Below, in pieces: positions 19,790 to 35,104 of a stretch of DNA of 64,000 nucleotides (position 1 is the first letter of the stretch; each line of letters opens with the position of its first letter). A program made the translations under genes and the position numbers. Below the pieces are notes generated by a model. It was not told the DNA's origin. It worked only from the letters and a program-made list of their open reading frames with translations, and did no database searches. This stretch comes from Marmoricola sp. (GTDB lineage: Bacteria; Actinomycetota; Actinomycetes; Propionibacteriales; Nocardioidaceae). The stretch covers positions 1,601 to 65,600 of the forward strand of contig JAKFBZ010000027.1 in the NCBI GenBank assembly GCA_036676945.1, in the 5' to 3' direction.

Positions 19790-21460
19790 TCAGCGGACGA
19801 GCTTGATGCTGGTGGTGCCGCGGCGGATCGCCGGGAAGGCACCCAAAGCCGTCACCGAGGCCTTCCCGGGCGCGCCGGTGACGATGAAGGTGCCGGTGAA
19901 GACACCGTTCGGCCCGGCCACACCGGCGCGCTTGCGCACACCGCGCAGGTTCACGATGACCGGTTCGGCCGGTGCGAGTCCGGAGACGGTGACCGTGACC
20001 CGCCTGCCGATCGTCACGACCGCCTTGGACGCGACGACCCGGAAGGTCCTGGCGCCGAGGACGACCGCCTGGATCGAGGCGCTGTTGTTGCCGCGGTCCT
20101 TCACGGTGACGATCCGCTTCGCGGTGGCGGCCGGGAAGGTCACCCGGGTGGTCACGGTCCCGGCAGCCCCGGCAGACAGGCTCCGGTTCGAGCCGACCGC
20201 GTTGAGGCAGACCTTGTCGCCGGGGACGACCCCGGAAACGGTGTACGTCGCCGTACTGCCGCCCTTGATGAAGCCGGTCGGTCCGGCGATGGCGATCGCC
20301 GGCGTGCCCGAGGGCGCGTAGGCGAGGACCGGGAGTGCCTGGGCGGCAGCGATCCGCCACTGCTGCGCGCCGGAGCCGATGCCGGTGGCGCGGCCCGTGG
20401 CCAGCGCCTGGTCGTTGTAGGCGATCGCACCGGTCTCGGTGCTCAGCGCGTTGGCGCAGGCAGTGAGCTCGTCGGCCTGGTGGGCACGGACCCAGATCGC
20501 GGCCTTCGTCGCCGCAGCTGTCTCCCCGCGCAGACCGAGAGCCCCGCCGATCAGTCCGGTGCTGTTCGCGTTCGGGACTGCGGTGCTGGTGCCGCCGATG
20601 AAGGAGCCGTCCGGGAGCTGGCGGGCGATCAGCCAGTCCTCGGCCTTCTCCAACGCGGTCTCGACGGTGGCGTTGCCCGCGGCCTGGGGCTGGAGGAGCC
20701 GGACCACCTGGGCGGTCACGTCCGGGTCAGCCGGGCTGAACTGGGGGTTCGCACCGTCGCAGGTCTGGTCCTCCGCGGTCTTGTCGAAGTTGAAGTCGAG
20801 CCGGAAGTAGCCGGCCGCGCACTGCTGCTTCAGCAGGAACGTCAGTGCCGGATCCGCCTCGTCCGCCCCTGCGGCGAAGAGTCCCGCCACTCCGAGTGCC
20901 TGGCCCACGACGTTGGTGTACTCGCTGGCCGGGTCGTCGGCGCCGTCCTTCGTCGAGAGGCCGACCAGGCGGCCCTCGATCGGGGCGGTCGTGGCGACGA
21001 AGCTCTTCAGCCGCGCGACGAGGTCGATGCCGTCCATCGTCGTCGTCGGCGTGGACAACGCCTGCCCGAGGACCAGCGCCTTCGCCGTCCCTCCGGCGCT
21101 CTGCCCCTCGTAGTGCTCGGTGATGCCGTCAGCCGGGAAGTCGCTGTCGTAGTCGTAGGCGAACTCGGTGTACGCCTTCACCTGTGAAGCGATGGCGGCG
21201 CCGACGGCGTCGACGTCGGCCATGTGGCCGCCGGCGAGCTTCAGCGAGAGCGCGGCGTCGATCGAGGTGCCGTACAGCGGGCCGAAGTCGCCGGGCAGAA
21301 GCCCGTTCACGAGCTCACCGGCGAGCCAGTCGGCCCCGATGCTCAGCGGACGCGGGTCGGTGCCGGCGGCCTGCGCGGGAGCCGGGATCAGGGTGACGCC
21401 GGTGACGGCGAGTACGGAGGACGCGACGAGCGCCCCCGTACGTCGGAGGAGGGGTGACAT
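19790..21460 (-). CDS. Secreted prenyltransferase/squalene-cyclase-repeat (alpha/alpha barrel) protein with C-terminal Ig-like domains; candidate cobalamin-binding protein
   Basis: Signal peptide …PAQA; QW-like repeats (FLLKQQCAAGYF, WLIARQLPDGSF, NANSTGL); lies directly downstream of a B12 riboswitch. Confidence 0.7.
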   Translation of the reverse strand: MSPLLRRTGALVASSVLAVTGVTLIPAPAQAAGTDPRPLSIGADWLAGELVNGLLPGDFGPLYGTSIDAALSLKLAGGHMADVDAVGAAIASQVKAYTEFAYDYDSDFPADGITEHYEGQSAGGTAKALVLGQALSTPTTTMDGIDLVARLKSFVATTAPIEGRLVGLSTKDGADDPASEYTNVVGQALGVAGLFAAGADEADPALTFLLKQQCAAGYFRLDFNFDKTAEDQTCDGANPQFSPADPDVTAQVVRLLQPQAAGNATVETALEKAEDWLIARQLPDGSFIGGTSTAVPNANSTGLIGGALGLRGETAAATKAAIWVRAHQADELTACANALSTETGAIAYNDQALATGRATGIGSGAQQWRIAAAQALPVLAYAPSGTPAIAIAGPTGFIKGGSTATYTVSGVVPGDKVCLNAVGSNRSLSAGAAGTVTTRVTFPAATAKRIVTVKDRGNNSASIQAVVLGARTFRVVASKAVVTIGRRVTVTVSGLAPAEPVIVNLRGVRKRAGVAGPNGVFTGTFIVTGAPGKASVTALGAFPAIRRGTTSIKLVR

Positions 21461-21529
21461 GGTTTCCTTCCCGCTGCACGCGCGGGAGGCTGTCGCCGCC
21501 CGCTGCTTTCCACGACAGCGAATGTTGCG

Positions 21530-21660
21530 AGGACGTCGTCCGGTGGGTGCTCCGACTCGTCGCCCCTGCGTGCTGGGCGACCTACGGTTGCGGGTCAGTG
21601 CCGGGATTCGACCGGCTTTCCCCGACCAACGACGTGATGGTGTTGGGCTGCTCCCCCGAG
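21530..21660 (-). ncRNA. Cobalamin (AdoCbl) riboswitch
   Basis: Minus strand GGGGAAAGCCGGUCGAAUCCCGGCACUGACCCGCAACCGUA core, GUCGCCC…GGGCGAC stem, and GAGUCGGAGCACCC; TAGGGT -10 at 21676-21671. Confidence 0.88.
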
Positions 21661-21714
21661 GGAACGATTGACCCTAACACCGCGCTGGGGAGCGGTTTGC
21701 GGGCACGTCACCAC

Positions 21715-21771
21715 GTCTCGACACGCTCGGTCGCGACCTCGTCCCTCGGTCGCGCTCGCTGCTCGACGACC
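21715..21771. repeat. REP-like element (GTCTCGAC…CTCGACGACC type) downstream of gatB
   Basis: Head GTCTCGACACGCTCG, central GCGACC/GGTCGC hairpin, tail CTCGCTGCTCGACGACC; same architecture as the 11929-12037 units. Confidence 0.55.
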
Positions 21772-21800
21772 GACGAGCTGATCCGCTAGCGCGTCTCAGC

Positions 21801-23291
21801 TCAGGCGAGCTTCTCGATGATCAGTTCGCGGACGCGCCCGGCGTCCGCCTGGCCCTTCATGTCCTTCATCACCGCACCGATGAGTGCGCCGGCGGCGGCC
21901 GCCTTGCCGTCCCTGATCTTCTCCGCGACGTCCGGGTTGGCCGCGATCGCACGATCCACCGCCTCCCCCAGAGCGCCTTCGTCGGAGACGATGGCGAGCC
22001 CACGGGCCGCGACCACGGCGTCCGGCTCACCCTCGCCGGCGAGGACGCCCTCGAAGACCTGCCGGGCCAGTTTGTCGTTGAGCGATCCGCTGTCGACCAG
22101 GGCCTGGATCGCCGCGACCTGGGCCGGCGTGATCGCCAGTTCGGTCAGCTCGACGCCTTCCTCGTTGGCGCGACGGGTGAGCTCGGAGACCCACCATTTG
22201 CGCGCGGCCTGCGGGGACGATCCGGCGGCGACCGTCTGCTCGATCAGCCCGACCGCGTCAGCGGCGACCACGTCGCGCATCTCCAGGTCGGTGAAGCCCC
22301 AGTCGCCCTGCAACCGCGCGCGCTTCTCCCGCAGAGGCTCGGGCAGGCCCGCCTTCAGCTCGGCGACCCACTCGCGGGTGGGCGCCACCGGGACCAGGTC
22401 GGGCTCCGGGAAGTAGCGGTAGTCGTCGGCGTCCGACTTCTCCCGGCCGGACGTGGTGACCCCGGTGTCCTCGTGCCAGTGCCGGGTCTCCTGGAGGATC
22501 GACTCCCCCGCCTTCAGCAGGCTCGCCTGCCGGGAGACCTCGTAGCGGGCCGCCCGCTCGACCGAGCGCAGCGAGTTCACGTTCTTGGTCTCGGTGCGGG
22601 TGCCGAGCACGTCGGCGCCCTTGGGAGCCAGGGACAGGTTCACGTCGCAGCGCATCGAGCCCTGCTCCATCCGGACGTCCGAGACGTCCAGGCCGAGCAG
22701 CAGGTCGCGCAGGGTGGCGACGTACGCCTTGGCGACCGCCGGGGCCTTCGCGCCGACGCCGGTGATCGGGCGGGTCACGATCTCGATCAGCGGGATCCCG
22801 GCGCGGTTGTAGTCGACCAGCGAGTAGTCGGCGCCCTGGATCCGTCCGGTGGAGCCGCCGACGTGCAACGACTTGCCGGTGTCCTCCTCCATGTGAGCGC
22901 GCTCGATCTCCACCCGGTAGGTCTCACCGTCGACCTCGACGTCGAGGTAGCCGTCGAAGGCGATCGGCTCGTCGTACTGCGAGGTCTGGAAGTTCTTCGG
23001 CATGTCCGGGTAGAAGTAGTTCTTCCGGGCGAACCGGCACCACTCGGCGATCTCGCAGTTCAGCGCCAGGCCGATCCGGATCGCCGACTCCACCGCCTTG
23101 CCGTTGACCACCGGCATCGAGCCGGGCAGTCCGAGGCAGGTCGGACAGGTCTGCGTGTTCGGCTCGCCGCCGAACTCGACCGAGCAGCCGCAGAACATCT
23201 TGGTCGCGGTGTTCAGCTCGACGTGGACCTCCAGGCCCATCGCCGGATCGAACGCGGCGATCGCGTCGTCGTAGGAGAGCAGGTCGGTCAT
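21801..23291 (-). CDS. gatB: Asp/Glu-tRNA amidotransferase subunit B
   Basis: [52 protein letters not shown]. True start ATG 23291. Confidence 0.97.
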   Translation of the reverse strand: MTDLLSYDDAIAAFDPAMGLEVHVELNTATKMFCGCSVEFGGEPNTQTCPTCLGLPGSMPVVNGKAVESAIRIGLALNCEIAEWCRFARKNYFYPDMPKNFQTSQYDEPIAFDGYLDVEVDGETYRVEIERAHMEEDTGKSLHVGGSTGRIQGADYSLVDYNRAGIPLIEIVTRPITGVGAKAPAVAKAYVATLRDLLLGLDVSDVRMEQGSMRCDVNLSLAPKGADVLGTRTETKNVNSLRSVERAARYEVSRQASLLKAGESILQETRHWHEDTGVTTSGREKSDADDYRYFPEPDLVPVAPTREWVAELKAGLPEPLREKRARLQGDWGFTDLEMRDVVAADAVGLIEQTVAAGSSPQAARKWWVSELTRRANEEGVELTELAITPAQVAAIQALVDSGSLNDKLARQVFEGVLAGEGEPDAVVAARGLAIVSDEGALGEAVDRAIAANPDVAEKIRDGKAAAAGALIGAVMKDMKGQADAGRVRELIIEKLA

Positions 23292-24829
23292 GCGGACGCT
23301 CCAGGAGTGTTGACAGCCTCGACCAACGAGGGCGCCTCGGCGAGCAAAGGTCGGCCCCATTCGCTCTCGAGCAGGGATTCCAGCGCGGCGCCGACCCGGT
23401 AGAGCCGGTCGTCGGCCAGTGCCGGGGCCAGGATCTGGAAGCCGACCGGGAGACCGTCCTCCGGCGCGAGGCCGGCCGGGATCGAGATGCCCGGGATGCC
23501 GGCCAGGTTCGCCGGGATGGTGGCGACGTCGTTGAGGTACATCGCCAGCGGGTCGTCGAGCTTCTCGCCGATCCTGAACGCCGTGGTGGGCGCGGTCGGC
23601 GACACAAGCACGTCGGCCTGCGCGAACGCGGCCTCGAAGTCGCGGCTGATCAGCGTCCGCACCTTCTGGGCCTGCCCGTAGTAGGCGTCGTAGTAGCCGC
23701 TCGAGAGCGCGTAGGTGCCCAGGATGATCCGGCGCTTCACCTCGTCGCCGAAGCCTGCGTCGCGGGTCGCGCGCATGACGTCCTCCGCGCTCGGGTCGTC
23801 GTTGCCCTCGGGCAGTGTCCGCAGGCCGTACCGCATCGCGTCGAAGCGGGCCAGGTTCGAGGAGGCCTCGCTCGGCATGATCAGGTAGTACGCCGCGAGC
23901 GCGTGCCGGAAGTTCGGGCAGGAGACCTCGACGACCTCGGCACCGGCCTTGACCAGGAGCGCGATCGACTCGTCGAACCGCTGCTGGACGCCGGCCTGGT
24001 AGCCCTCGCCGCCGAGCTCGGAGATGACCCCGATCCGGACCCCTGTCAGGTCGCCGGCCGCACCGAGGCGGGCCGCGTCTGCGAGCGCCGGGAGTGGCTG
24101 GTCGATGCTGGTGGAGTCCATCGGGTCGTGTCCGCCGATGACTTCGTGGAGCAGCGCTGAGTCCAGCACGGTCCGGGTCACCGGCCCGACCTGGTCGAGC
24201 GAGTTCGCCATCGCGACCAGCCCGTAGCGGGAGATGCCGCCGTACGTCGGCTTGAGGCCGACCGTGCCGGTCACGGCGCCGGGCTGGCGGATCGAGCCGC
24301 CGGTGTCGGTGCCGACGGCGAGCGGGGCCTCGAACGCCGCCACAGCGGCGGCGGAGCCACCGCCGGAGCCGCCCGGGATCCGGTCCAGGTCCCACGGGTT
24401 GCGGGTCGGACCGTACGCCGAGTGCTCGGTTGAGGAGCCCATCGCGAACTCGTCCATGTTGGTCTTGCCGAGGATCGGGAGACCGGCGGCCTTCAGCTTC
24501 GTGACGACGGTGGCGTCGTACGGCGGGATCCAGCCCTCGAGGATCTTCGACCCGCACGTGGTCGGCAGGCCCTCGGTGGCCAGCACGTCCTTGACCGCGA
24601 TCGGGACGCCGTCCAGCGGGCTCGCCGGGGTGCCCGCGGCGCGACGGGCGTCGGAGGCGGCCGCCTGAGCGAGCGCGCCTTCGGCGTCGACGTGCAGGAA
24701 CGCGTGCACTGCGCCGTCGACCGCGGCGATCCGGTCCAGGCAGGCCCGGGTCAGTTCCACACTGGTGGTCTCGCCGGCCTCGAGCATGGCGGCGAGGTCA
24801 GCCGCGCTCTTCTTGATCAGATCAGTCAC
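23288..24829 (-). CDS. gatA: Asp/Glu-tRNA amidotransferase subunit A
   Basis: Amidase signature [34 protein letters not shown]; EVKRRIILG. Confidence 0.97.
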   Translation of the reverse strand: MTDLIKKSAADLAAMLEAGETTSVELTRACLDRIAAVDGAVHAFLHVDAEGALAQAAASDARRAAGTPASPLDGVPIAVKDVLATEGLPTTCGSKILEGWIPPYDATVVTKLKAAGLPILGKTNMDEFAMGSSTEHSAYGPTRNPWDLDRIPGGSGGGSAAAVAAFEAPLAVGTDTGGSIRQPGAVTGTVGLKPTYGGISRYGLVAMANSLDQVGPVTRTVLDSALLHEVIGGHDPMDSTSIDQPLPALADAARLGAAGDLTGVRIGVISELGGEGYQAGVQQRFDESIALLVKAGAEVVEVSCPNFRHALAAYYLIMPSEASSNLARFDAMRYGLRTLPEGNDDPSAEDVMRATRDAGFGDEVKRRIILGTYALSSGYYDAYYGQAQKVRTLISRDFEAAFAQADVLVSPTAPTTAFRIGEKLDDPLAMYLNDVATIPANLAGIPGISIPAGLAPEDGLPVGFQILAPALADDRLYRVGAALESLLESEWGRPLLAEAPSLVEAVNTPGASA

Positions 24830-25125
24830 TGCTCGTCTCCCAGGATCCGCGGGACCGAGAAGCGCTGCTGCTCGGAGGCCGGGGCGCCGGAGAGCGCCTG
24901 CTCGGCGGTCAGGCTCGGCCGGACGACGTCCTCGCGGAAGACGTTGGTCAGCGGGATCGCGTGCGAGGTCGGCGGGATGTCCGCGGCGGCGACCTCGGCG
25001 ATCGAGGCGATGCTCTCCAGGATCACGGAGAGCTGCGGGGCGAGGTGGTCGAGCTCTGCGTCATCCAGCTCGATCCGGGCGAGATCGGCCAGATGGCGCA
25101 CCTCGTCACGGGTGATTTCAGGCAT
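24826..25125 (-). CDS. gatC: Asp/Glu-tRNA amidotransferase subunit C
   Basis: ITRDEV.HLA.LARI, NVFRED, F.VPRIL; first gene of gatCAB. Confidence 0.96.
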   Translation of the reverse strand: MPEITRDEVRHLADLARIELDDAELDHLAPQLSVILESIASIAEVAAADIPPTSHAIPLTNVFREDVVRPSLTAEQALSGAPASEQQRFSVPRILGDEQ

Positions 25126-25167
25126 GGGGGCAATCCTAGTGCCGGTCAGGCCCTGCCTTTCTCACCG

Positions 25168-25209
25168 GGTTTCGCGGCGGTCGCTGCGCAACCGCACCTC
25201 AACCAGCGA
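25168..25209 (+). repeat. Single REP-like unit (same family as 11997-12037)
   Basis: GGTTTCGCGGC-GGTCGCTGCGCAACC-GCACCTCAACCAGCG has the same 11-nt head and a 14/15 identical tail. Confidence 0.75.
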
Positions 25210-25215
25210 GGTGCG

Positions 25216-26268
25216 TCAGCCCCGGACGATCCCGTCGTCGATCATCTGCTGGAAGTGGTCGGTCACCGACTCCGCCCCCGCGCGGAAGGTGATCCCGAGC
25301 TCCTCGACGGTGCGGCTGTTGTCGAAGCGCAGCGGGTAGCCGACGTTGAGCTCGATGAACTTGCGGGTCATCCCGGCGATCGGCGCCGCCAGCTTGATGA
25401 CCGGCTTCGGTGCCTGGGTCAGCGGGAAGGACGGCCGGTAACCGAAGCGGGCGCGCAGCGCCTTGCCGATGTCGAGCATGCTCATCGTCTCGGCGTTGGT
25501 GATGTAGCGCCCGTGCGCCTGCGGGGTGAAGCCGGCCGCGATGTGCGCCCGGGCCACGTCGCGGACGTCGACGACGCCCATCTCCAGCGCAGGAGCGCCG
25601 GCGGCCAACGAGTAGTCGGTGAAGCTCCCCATCGTCCGGAAGGTGCCGGACTTGCTGGCGGTCGTCAGCGACGGCCCCAGGACCAGACCGGGATGGATGG
25701 TGACCAGGTCCCAGCGGTCCTGCGCTCCGGCGATGTCCCAGGCCTCGCGCTCGGCGAGCGTCTTGGAGTACGGGTAGGGCTGGTGATCGAGGGTGCTGGT
25801 GGTGTTCCAGTCGTCCTCGGTGAACTGGTCCCTGCCGCGCATGTCGATGTTGTCGCCACAGATCGCGACCACGCTGCTGGTCAGCACGACGCGCTTGACC
25901 GACGCGGTCTCGTTCACGCTGGTCAGAACGTTCCGCGTGCCGTCGAGAGCGGGGTCGACCAGCTGCTTCTGCGGGTCGCGCACCTTGCCGAGCAGGAACG
26001 GCGACGCGGTGTGGATGACGAGCTCGCAGCCGGCCATCGCCTCGGTGTAACTGCCCGGCTCGAGCAGCTCGGCGCGGTGCAGCGTGAGTCGCCCGGGGTG
26101 GGCCTCGGCAAGCGTGTGCAGGTGCTCGAGACCTCTGGCCTTCTGAGGGTCGCGCACGGTGGCGCGGACGGTCTTCCCGTCTTCGAGCAGGTACCGCACG
26201 ATCCAGCTCGCGACATAGCCGCTGCCACCGGTGACCAGGACCGGCGCGGTGGGGTCGATGTTCGTCAT
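25216..26268 (-). CDS. NAD-dependent epimerase/dehydratase (DFR/aldehyde-reductase-like extended SDR)
   Basis: VTGGSGYVASW, VIHTASP, VVLTSS, YPYSK (YxxxK). Confidence 0.88.
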   Translation of the reverse strand: MTNIDPTAPVLVTGGSGYVASWIVRYLLEDGKTVRATVRDPQKARGLEHLHTLAEAHPGRLTLHRAELLEPGSYTEAMAGCELVIHTASPFLLGKVRDPQKQLVDPALDGTRNVLTSVNETASVKRVVLTSSVVAICGDNIDMRGRDQFTEDDWNTTSTLDHQPYPYSKTLAEREAWDIAGAQDRWDLVTIHPGLVLGPSLTTASKSGTFRTMGSFTDYSLAAGAPALEMGVVDVRDVARAHIAAGFTPQAHGRYITNAETMSMLDIGKALRARFGYRPSFPLTQAPKPVIKLAAPIAGMTRKFIELNVGYPLRFDNSRTVEELGITFRAGAESVTDHFQQMIDDGIVRG

Positions 26269-26334
26269 GGGAGGACCCTAGAGCCGCGGATGCAGCCGTG
26301 CCGAGAGTCCCGAGGCGTGACTACGCTCACCTGC

Positions 26335-26814
26335 ATGGAGCCGACCTTGATCGCCGACGAACGCACCCAGCTCGAGGAGTTCCTGGACGTCAACCGCGCC
26401 GACCTGGTCGACACCCTGCGCGGCCTCACGGAGGAACAGGCCCGCAGGCGACTGGTCCCGTCGCTCACCACCCCGCTCGGCCTGCTCAAGCACGCCGCCT
26501 TCGCAGAGAGGGTCTGGTTCCACGTGGCGCTCGCCGGTCACACCCGGGCCGAGCTCGGGATGCCGGAGCAGATCGACCCGACCTTCGCCTTCACGGACGC
26601 GGACACGGTGGACTCGGTCATCGCCGAGTACGAGCAGGTCTGTGCCGAGGCCCGGGAGATCGCGGCCCGCTTCGCCCTGGACGACCTGGCCCGGCACAAC
26701 CGCCGCGGGCCGCTGACGCTGCGCTGGATCTACCTGCACATGATCGAGGAGCTCGCCCGGCACGCCGGCCACGCCGACATCCTGCGCGAGCAGATCCTCG
26801 CCGCCGACGCGTGA
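26335..26814 (+). CDS. DinB-family (DUF664) protein
   Basis: LLKHAAFAERVWF and RWIYLHMIEELARHAGHADILRE motifs. Confidence 0.88.
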   Translation: MEPTLIADERTQLEEFLDVNRADLVDTLRGLTEEQARRRLVPSLTTPLGLLKHAAFAERVWFHVALAGHTRAELGMPEQIDPTFAFTDADTVDSVIAEYEQVCAEAREIAARFALDDLARHNRRGPLTLRWIYLHMIEELARHAGHADILREQILAADA

Positions 26815-26939
26815 CGAAGGTCCCTACCCGCCTAACCACATAGGTCGCAAATCGTACCTAATCGTCGGAAATAGTAAGATCTTGTACTAAATAGGCTGAT
26901 TTTCCCCCATGCTGGTGGTTCACGGACTGGGGAGGGTCT

Positions 26940-28947
26940 ATGAGTTTCACCGTCGGCACCACGATGCGCGCCAGCACCGCCGGCTGGGCGGACCTGCTCG
27001 GCCCGCCGAGTGCGGAGAAAGCCCGCTCACGGCGGCTGGCCCACCTGGGCGGTGTCGCCGCCCTCACGGCCCTGGCCGGGTACATCACCTGGCGGCTCGC
27101 CTTCACCCTGCCCGCGGGCGGCCCGAACGCCGTCGCGGCGCTCATCCTGGTCGGCTTCGAGGCGATCCCCCTCATCGGCATGGGCTTCCGGCTGGTGACC
27201 CTGTGGAACATCGACTCCGCAGCGCCGGCGCCGGTCACCGAGGCACCGGGCGGCATGCGGGTCGCTGTCCTCATTCCGACCTATGACGAGCCCGCGGAGG
27301 TCATCGCCCCGACCATCGCCGCCGCCTGCGCACTCGAGCCCGCCCACGAGACCTGGGTGCTCGACGACGGGGAGCGCCCCTGGGTGGAGGAGATCTGCCG
27401 GGTGTACGGCGCCCGCTACGTCTGCCGGCCGGTCCACGACCACGCGAAGGCGGGCAACCTCAACCACGCGCTCGAACTGATGGAGGCCGAGGCTGCCGCA
27501 GGCGCCCCGGCCGTCGATCTCGTCGGCGTGCTGGACTGCGACCACGTTCCGCTGCCCGGTTTCCTCACCTCGACGCTCGGTTGGTTCGAGGACCCCGAGA
27601 TCGCCCTGGTGCAGGGGTCGCAGAGCTTCTACAACGCCGGCGCCTTCGACGACGACGGCGTCAACGGCGAACAGGGGCTGTTCTTCAACGTCCTGATGGC
27701 GGCGCGCAACCGGCCCGACGCCGGCCCCTTCTGGTGCGGTTCGACGGCCGTGCTGCGGACCCGGGCGCTCCGCGAGATCGGCGGCGTCGCGACCGACACC
27801 ATCGTCGAGGACATGCACACGACACTCGGCCTGCTCCGGACCGGGTGGCGCACGGCGTACCACCACCAGACCCTGGCCGTCGGCCTTGCCCCGTCCACCG
27901 CCGAGCAGTACCTCCTGCAACGGCGCCGCTGGGGCCTGGGAGCGATGCAGGTGCTGACCCGGGAGAAGCTCTGGGCGGCGAAGCGGTGGATGTCGTGGCG
28001 CAACTACTACGAGTACCTGACCGGGACGTTGTGGTGGCTCGAGGGCGCCGCCACCGTCCTCGTCCTGGCCGTGCCGGTCGTGCTCCTGGTCACCGGCGCA
28101 CAGACCTCCACCGCGCCGCCGCTGACCTTCACCGCGATCTTCGCCACGACGTTCGCCGTCCGGCTGTGGGGCGCCAAGCGCTTCTACCGCCATCAGCTCA
28201 GCTGGTCCAATGCGCTCGCGCTGCGGATCCTGAGGATCCCGGTCGGCCTGTCGTGCCTGTGGTGGCTGCTGACCCGCCGGACCCTAGAGTTCCAGGTCAC
28301 TCCGAAGGAAGGCACCGCGGAACGGACCCGGAGCAGGGTGCCGCGGGTCCTCGGCGTCCTGCTGGTCACTCTGGCGGCGATCGTCGCCTACAGCGCTGCC
28401 GGCCTGGCCGGAGTCGTTCCCTGGCGTGCGTCGCCCTCGGCCACGGTGGCCTCAGGGATCTGGTTGCTGATCGCCACGACCACGGTCGCCCTCGGGATGC
28501 GCCGGATCCGCGCTGCCGAGTTCGCCTCGTCGCGCCGCAACGCACACCGGTTCGCCGTCCAGGCCGTCGTCGCCGTCGAAGGCGTGGACGCAGAGCTGGT
28601 CGACATCTCGGTCGGCGGCCTTCGCGTCCGCCTCCCGGAGGACGCTGTGCCCGGCGGAGGCCTCGTCCATGTCGAACTGCCGGGAGCCGAACCGGTGAAG
28701 CTCGCGCTGGTGCGTTCCGGCACGGATGCCCGGATCTCCGACCGCCTGGTCTCGCTCCGGGTCGTCCAGGGCGACTGGGCAGCGATGCGGACCCTGTCGC
28801 AGTGGTTGTTCCACACGCCGGCCGGCGCGGTGACGAACCTGCCGTACGGCGTCCCGGCGGCTGCCTCCACGCAGCCCGCACCGAGTCTGTCGGTCCGGCA
28901 GGGCCGAGCCGCCTCCGCTCGCGTGCGGACCCGGGTAGCGGCCCTCC

Positions 28948-28955
<8 letters not shown>
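26940..28955 (+). CDS. BcsA/cellulose-synthase-like GT2 with C-terminal PilZ domain
   Basis: TYDE, LDDG, HAKAGNLN, LDCDH, FWCGS, EDMHT, QRRRW catalytic motifs; PilZ RNAHR…DISVGG. Confidence 0.88.
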
Positions 28956-33422
<4,467 letters not shown>

Positions 33423-33441
33423 TCAATAGGTAAGGATGGGT

Positions 33442-34137
33442 GCCATGCCCGACACCGCCGCCGACACCCTGACGATCGCGCCCCTCCCGGCCGACGTGAG
33501 TGCGCTGGTGCTCATGCTGCACGGGGGCGCCGAGCACGGCCATCGCCCGGTCGACGACCGCAGCCTGGCGTACCGGCGCACCCGGGCGATGTTCACCGCG
33601 GTCGCACCGCGCTTCGCCGGTGCCGGGGTGGGCACGGCGCTGCTCCGGTTCACGGTGAAGGGCTGGAACGAGTCCCACGGGGCTGAACCGGCACCGGTGA
33701 CCGACGCCCGGGCGGCGATCGACCACCTCCGCGGTCAGCACCCCGGCCTGCCCGTCGTCCTGCTCGGGCATTCCATGGGCGCCCGCACCGCGGCCCGGGT
33801 CGCGGACGCCGAGGGCGTGGTCGGAGTCGTCGGGCTCGCTCCCTGGCTGCCCTCGGGCGACCCGGTCGAACCGCTGCGCGACAGACATCTGGTCGCCGCC
33901 CACGGGCGCAAGGACAGGATCACGAGTGCCCGGCACACCCGGATCTTCGTCGAGCGCGCCGGGGCCGTCGCCGCGTCCGCGCGCTTCGTCGACATGGGCA
34001 TGCTCGGCCACTACATGCTGCGTGGCGCCAGGACCTGGAACGAGGTGGCCGTCTCCAGCACCCTCGAACTGCTCAGCACCGGGTGCGCCGGTGACGCCTG
34101 CAGCGACGACGTGGGCGGCATCACGTCCGGAAACTGA
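33442..34137 (+). CDS. Alpha/beta hydrolase
   Basis: MLHGG, GHSMG elbow, HG..DRIT, GHYML. Confidence 0.8.
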   Translation, partial: AMPDTAADTLTIAPLPADVSALVLMLHGGAEHGHRPVDDRSLAYRRTRAMFTAVAPRFAGAGVGTALLRFTVKGWNESHGAEPAPVTDARAAIDHLRGQHPGLPVVLLGHSMGARTAARVADAEGVVGVVGLAPWLPSGDPVEPLRDRHLVAAHGRKDRITSARHTRIFVERAGAVAASARFVDMGMLGHYMLRGARTWNEVAVSSTLELLSTGCAGDACSDDVGGITSGN

Positions 34138-34196
34138 AACCGGCCCGGAGCCCGGTGCGTTCCAGTAGTGGAAGCACCGCCGAGCAGAGAGTTCTC

Positions 34197-35036
34197 ATGT
34201 CCCCGCAGTCGCCGCGTCCCGCGGCAGTCCGTCCCCCCGTCCCGTCGACCCCGCGATCCGAGCCCGCGACGGCCGACCCAGAGTCCCGCAGCGGCTTGAG
34301 CCTGACCCAGATGGCGGCCAGTGCCGGAGCGGCCTCGTCAGCCGCGTTCGCCGCGTCCTACCTCGGCGTCGCCGGGACCATCATCGGCGCGGCGGTGGCC
34401 AGCGTGATCGCCACCGTGGCCACCACGATGTACTCCGCCTCACTGCACCGCAGCCGCGAGGCCGTACGCCGCCGGACCCTGCAGTTGGCGCCGCTCCCCT
34501 GGACCCCGGCGATCGCCCGCACCGCCGCGGTCACGCCGGGCGCGACCCGCGCTCCGGACACCGCGTCGATCGCGGACACCGCCACCCGCGTGCTGGCCCC
34601 GGTCCCCGTCGAGATCGCCCCCGAACCACCGCGAACCCTGGCCTCCGACCGGCCCGGCGTCCGCTGGGGACGGGTGCTCCCGGCCGCGGCCGCGGTCCTG
34701 GCGATCACCCTAGGCACGCTGACCGGCATCGAAGGCGCGCTCGGCAGACCGCTCTCCGCACTCTTCGGCGGATCCGACACCAGCGGGACCAGCCTGAGCA
34801 GCATCGCCGGCGCAGGCTCGGATGCCGGGACGGACCCGGTGCAGAAGGCCCCGAGCTCGCCCGAGCCGACTCCGCAGACCGAGCCGACCGCCGAGCCCAC
34901 GGCCGGACCGACCGGCGCCCCGACGCCGACGCCGTCCAGCGATCCGACCGACGAACCGTCCACGGAGCCGACCGACCCCGTCGAGACCCCGGACCCCACG
35001 CCGACACCGGAGCCGACGGCCACCGCGACCCCCTGA
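34197..35036 (+). CDS. Hypothetical membrane protein with Pro/Thr-rich extracellular tail
   Basis: Two N-terminal hydrophobic helices (SYLGVAGTIIGAAVASV), a third helix, then EPT/TP low-complexity C-terminus. Confidence 0.65.
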   Translation: MSPQSPRPAAVRPPVPSTPRSEPATADPESRSGLSLTQMAASAGAASSAAFAASYLGVAGTIIGAAVASVIATVATTMYSASLHRSREAVRRRTLQLAPLPWTPAIARTAAVTPGATRAPDTASIADTATRVLAPVPVEIAPEPPRTLASDRPGVRWGRVLPAAAAVLAITLGTLTGIEGALGRPLSALFGGSDTSGTSLSSIAGAGSDAGTDPVQKAPSSPEPTPQTEPTAEPTAGPTGAPTPTPSSDPTDEPSTEPTDPVETPDPTPTPEPTATATP

Positions 35037-35041
35037 GCACA

Positions 35042-35079
35042 GATCACGCCCCCCGTCCCGGCGGACGAGGGGCGTGATC
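35042..35079. terminator. Bidirectional hairpin terminator between convergent genes
   Basis: GATCACGCCCC-CCGTCC(CGGC)GGACG-A-GGGGCGTGATC stem. Confidence 0.7.
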
Positions 35080-35104
35080 GGCGTCTTGCGTGCCGACTAG
35101 CTGA

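Noticed and set aside
19790-21460. Terpene (squalene-hopene) cyclase call for the barrel protein
   Set aside because: It is secreted, has a single barrel, shows no clear DxDD motif and is B12-riboswitch controlled.
21801-24557. Apparent 918-aa GatB
   Set aside because: The extension is an off-frame reading of gatA; the true start is 23291.
34850-35036. CCGAC/GAGCCGAC short repeats
   Set aside because: They encode a Pro/Thr/Glu linker and are not an independent DNA element.
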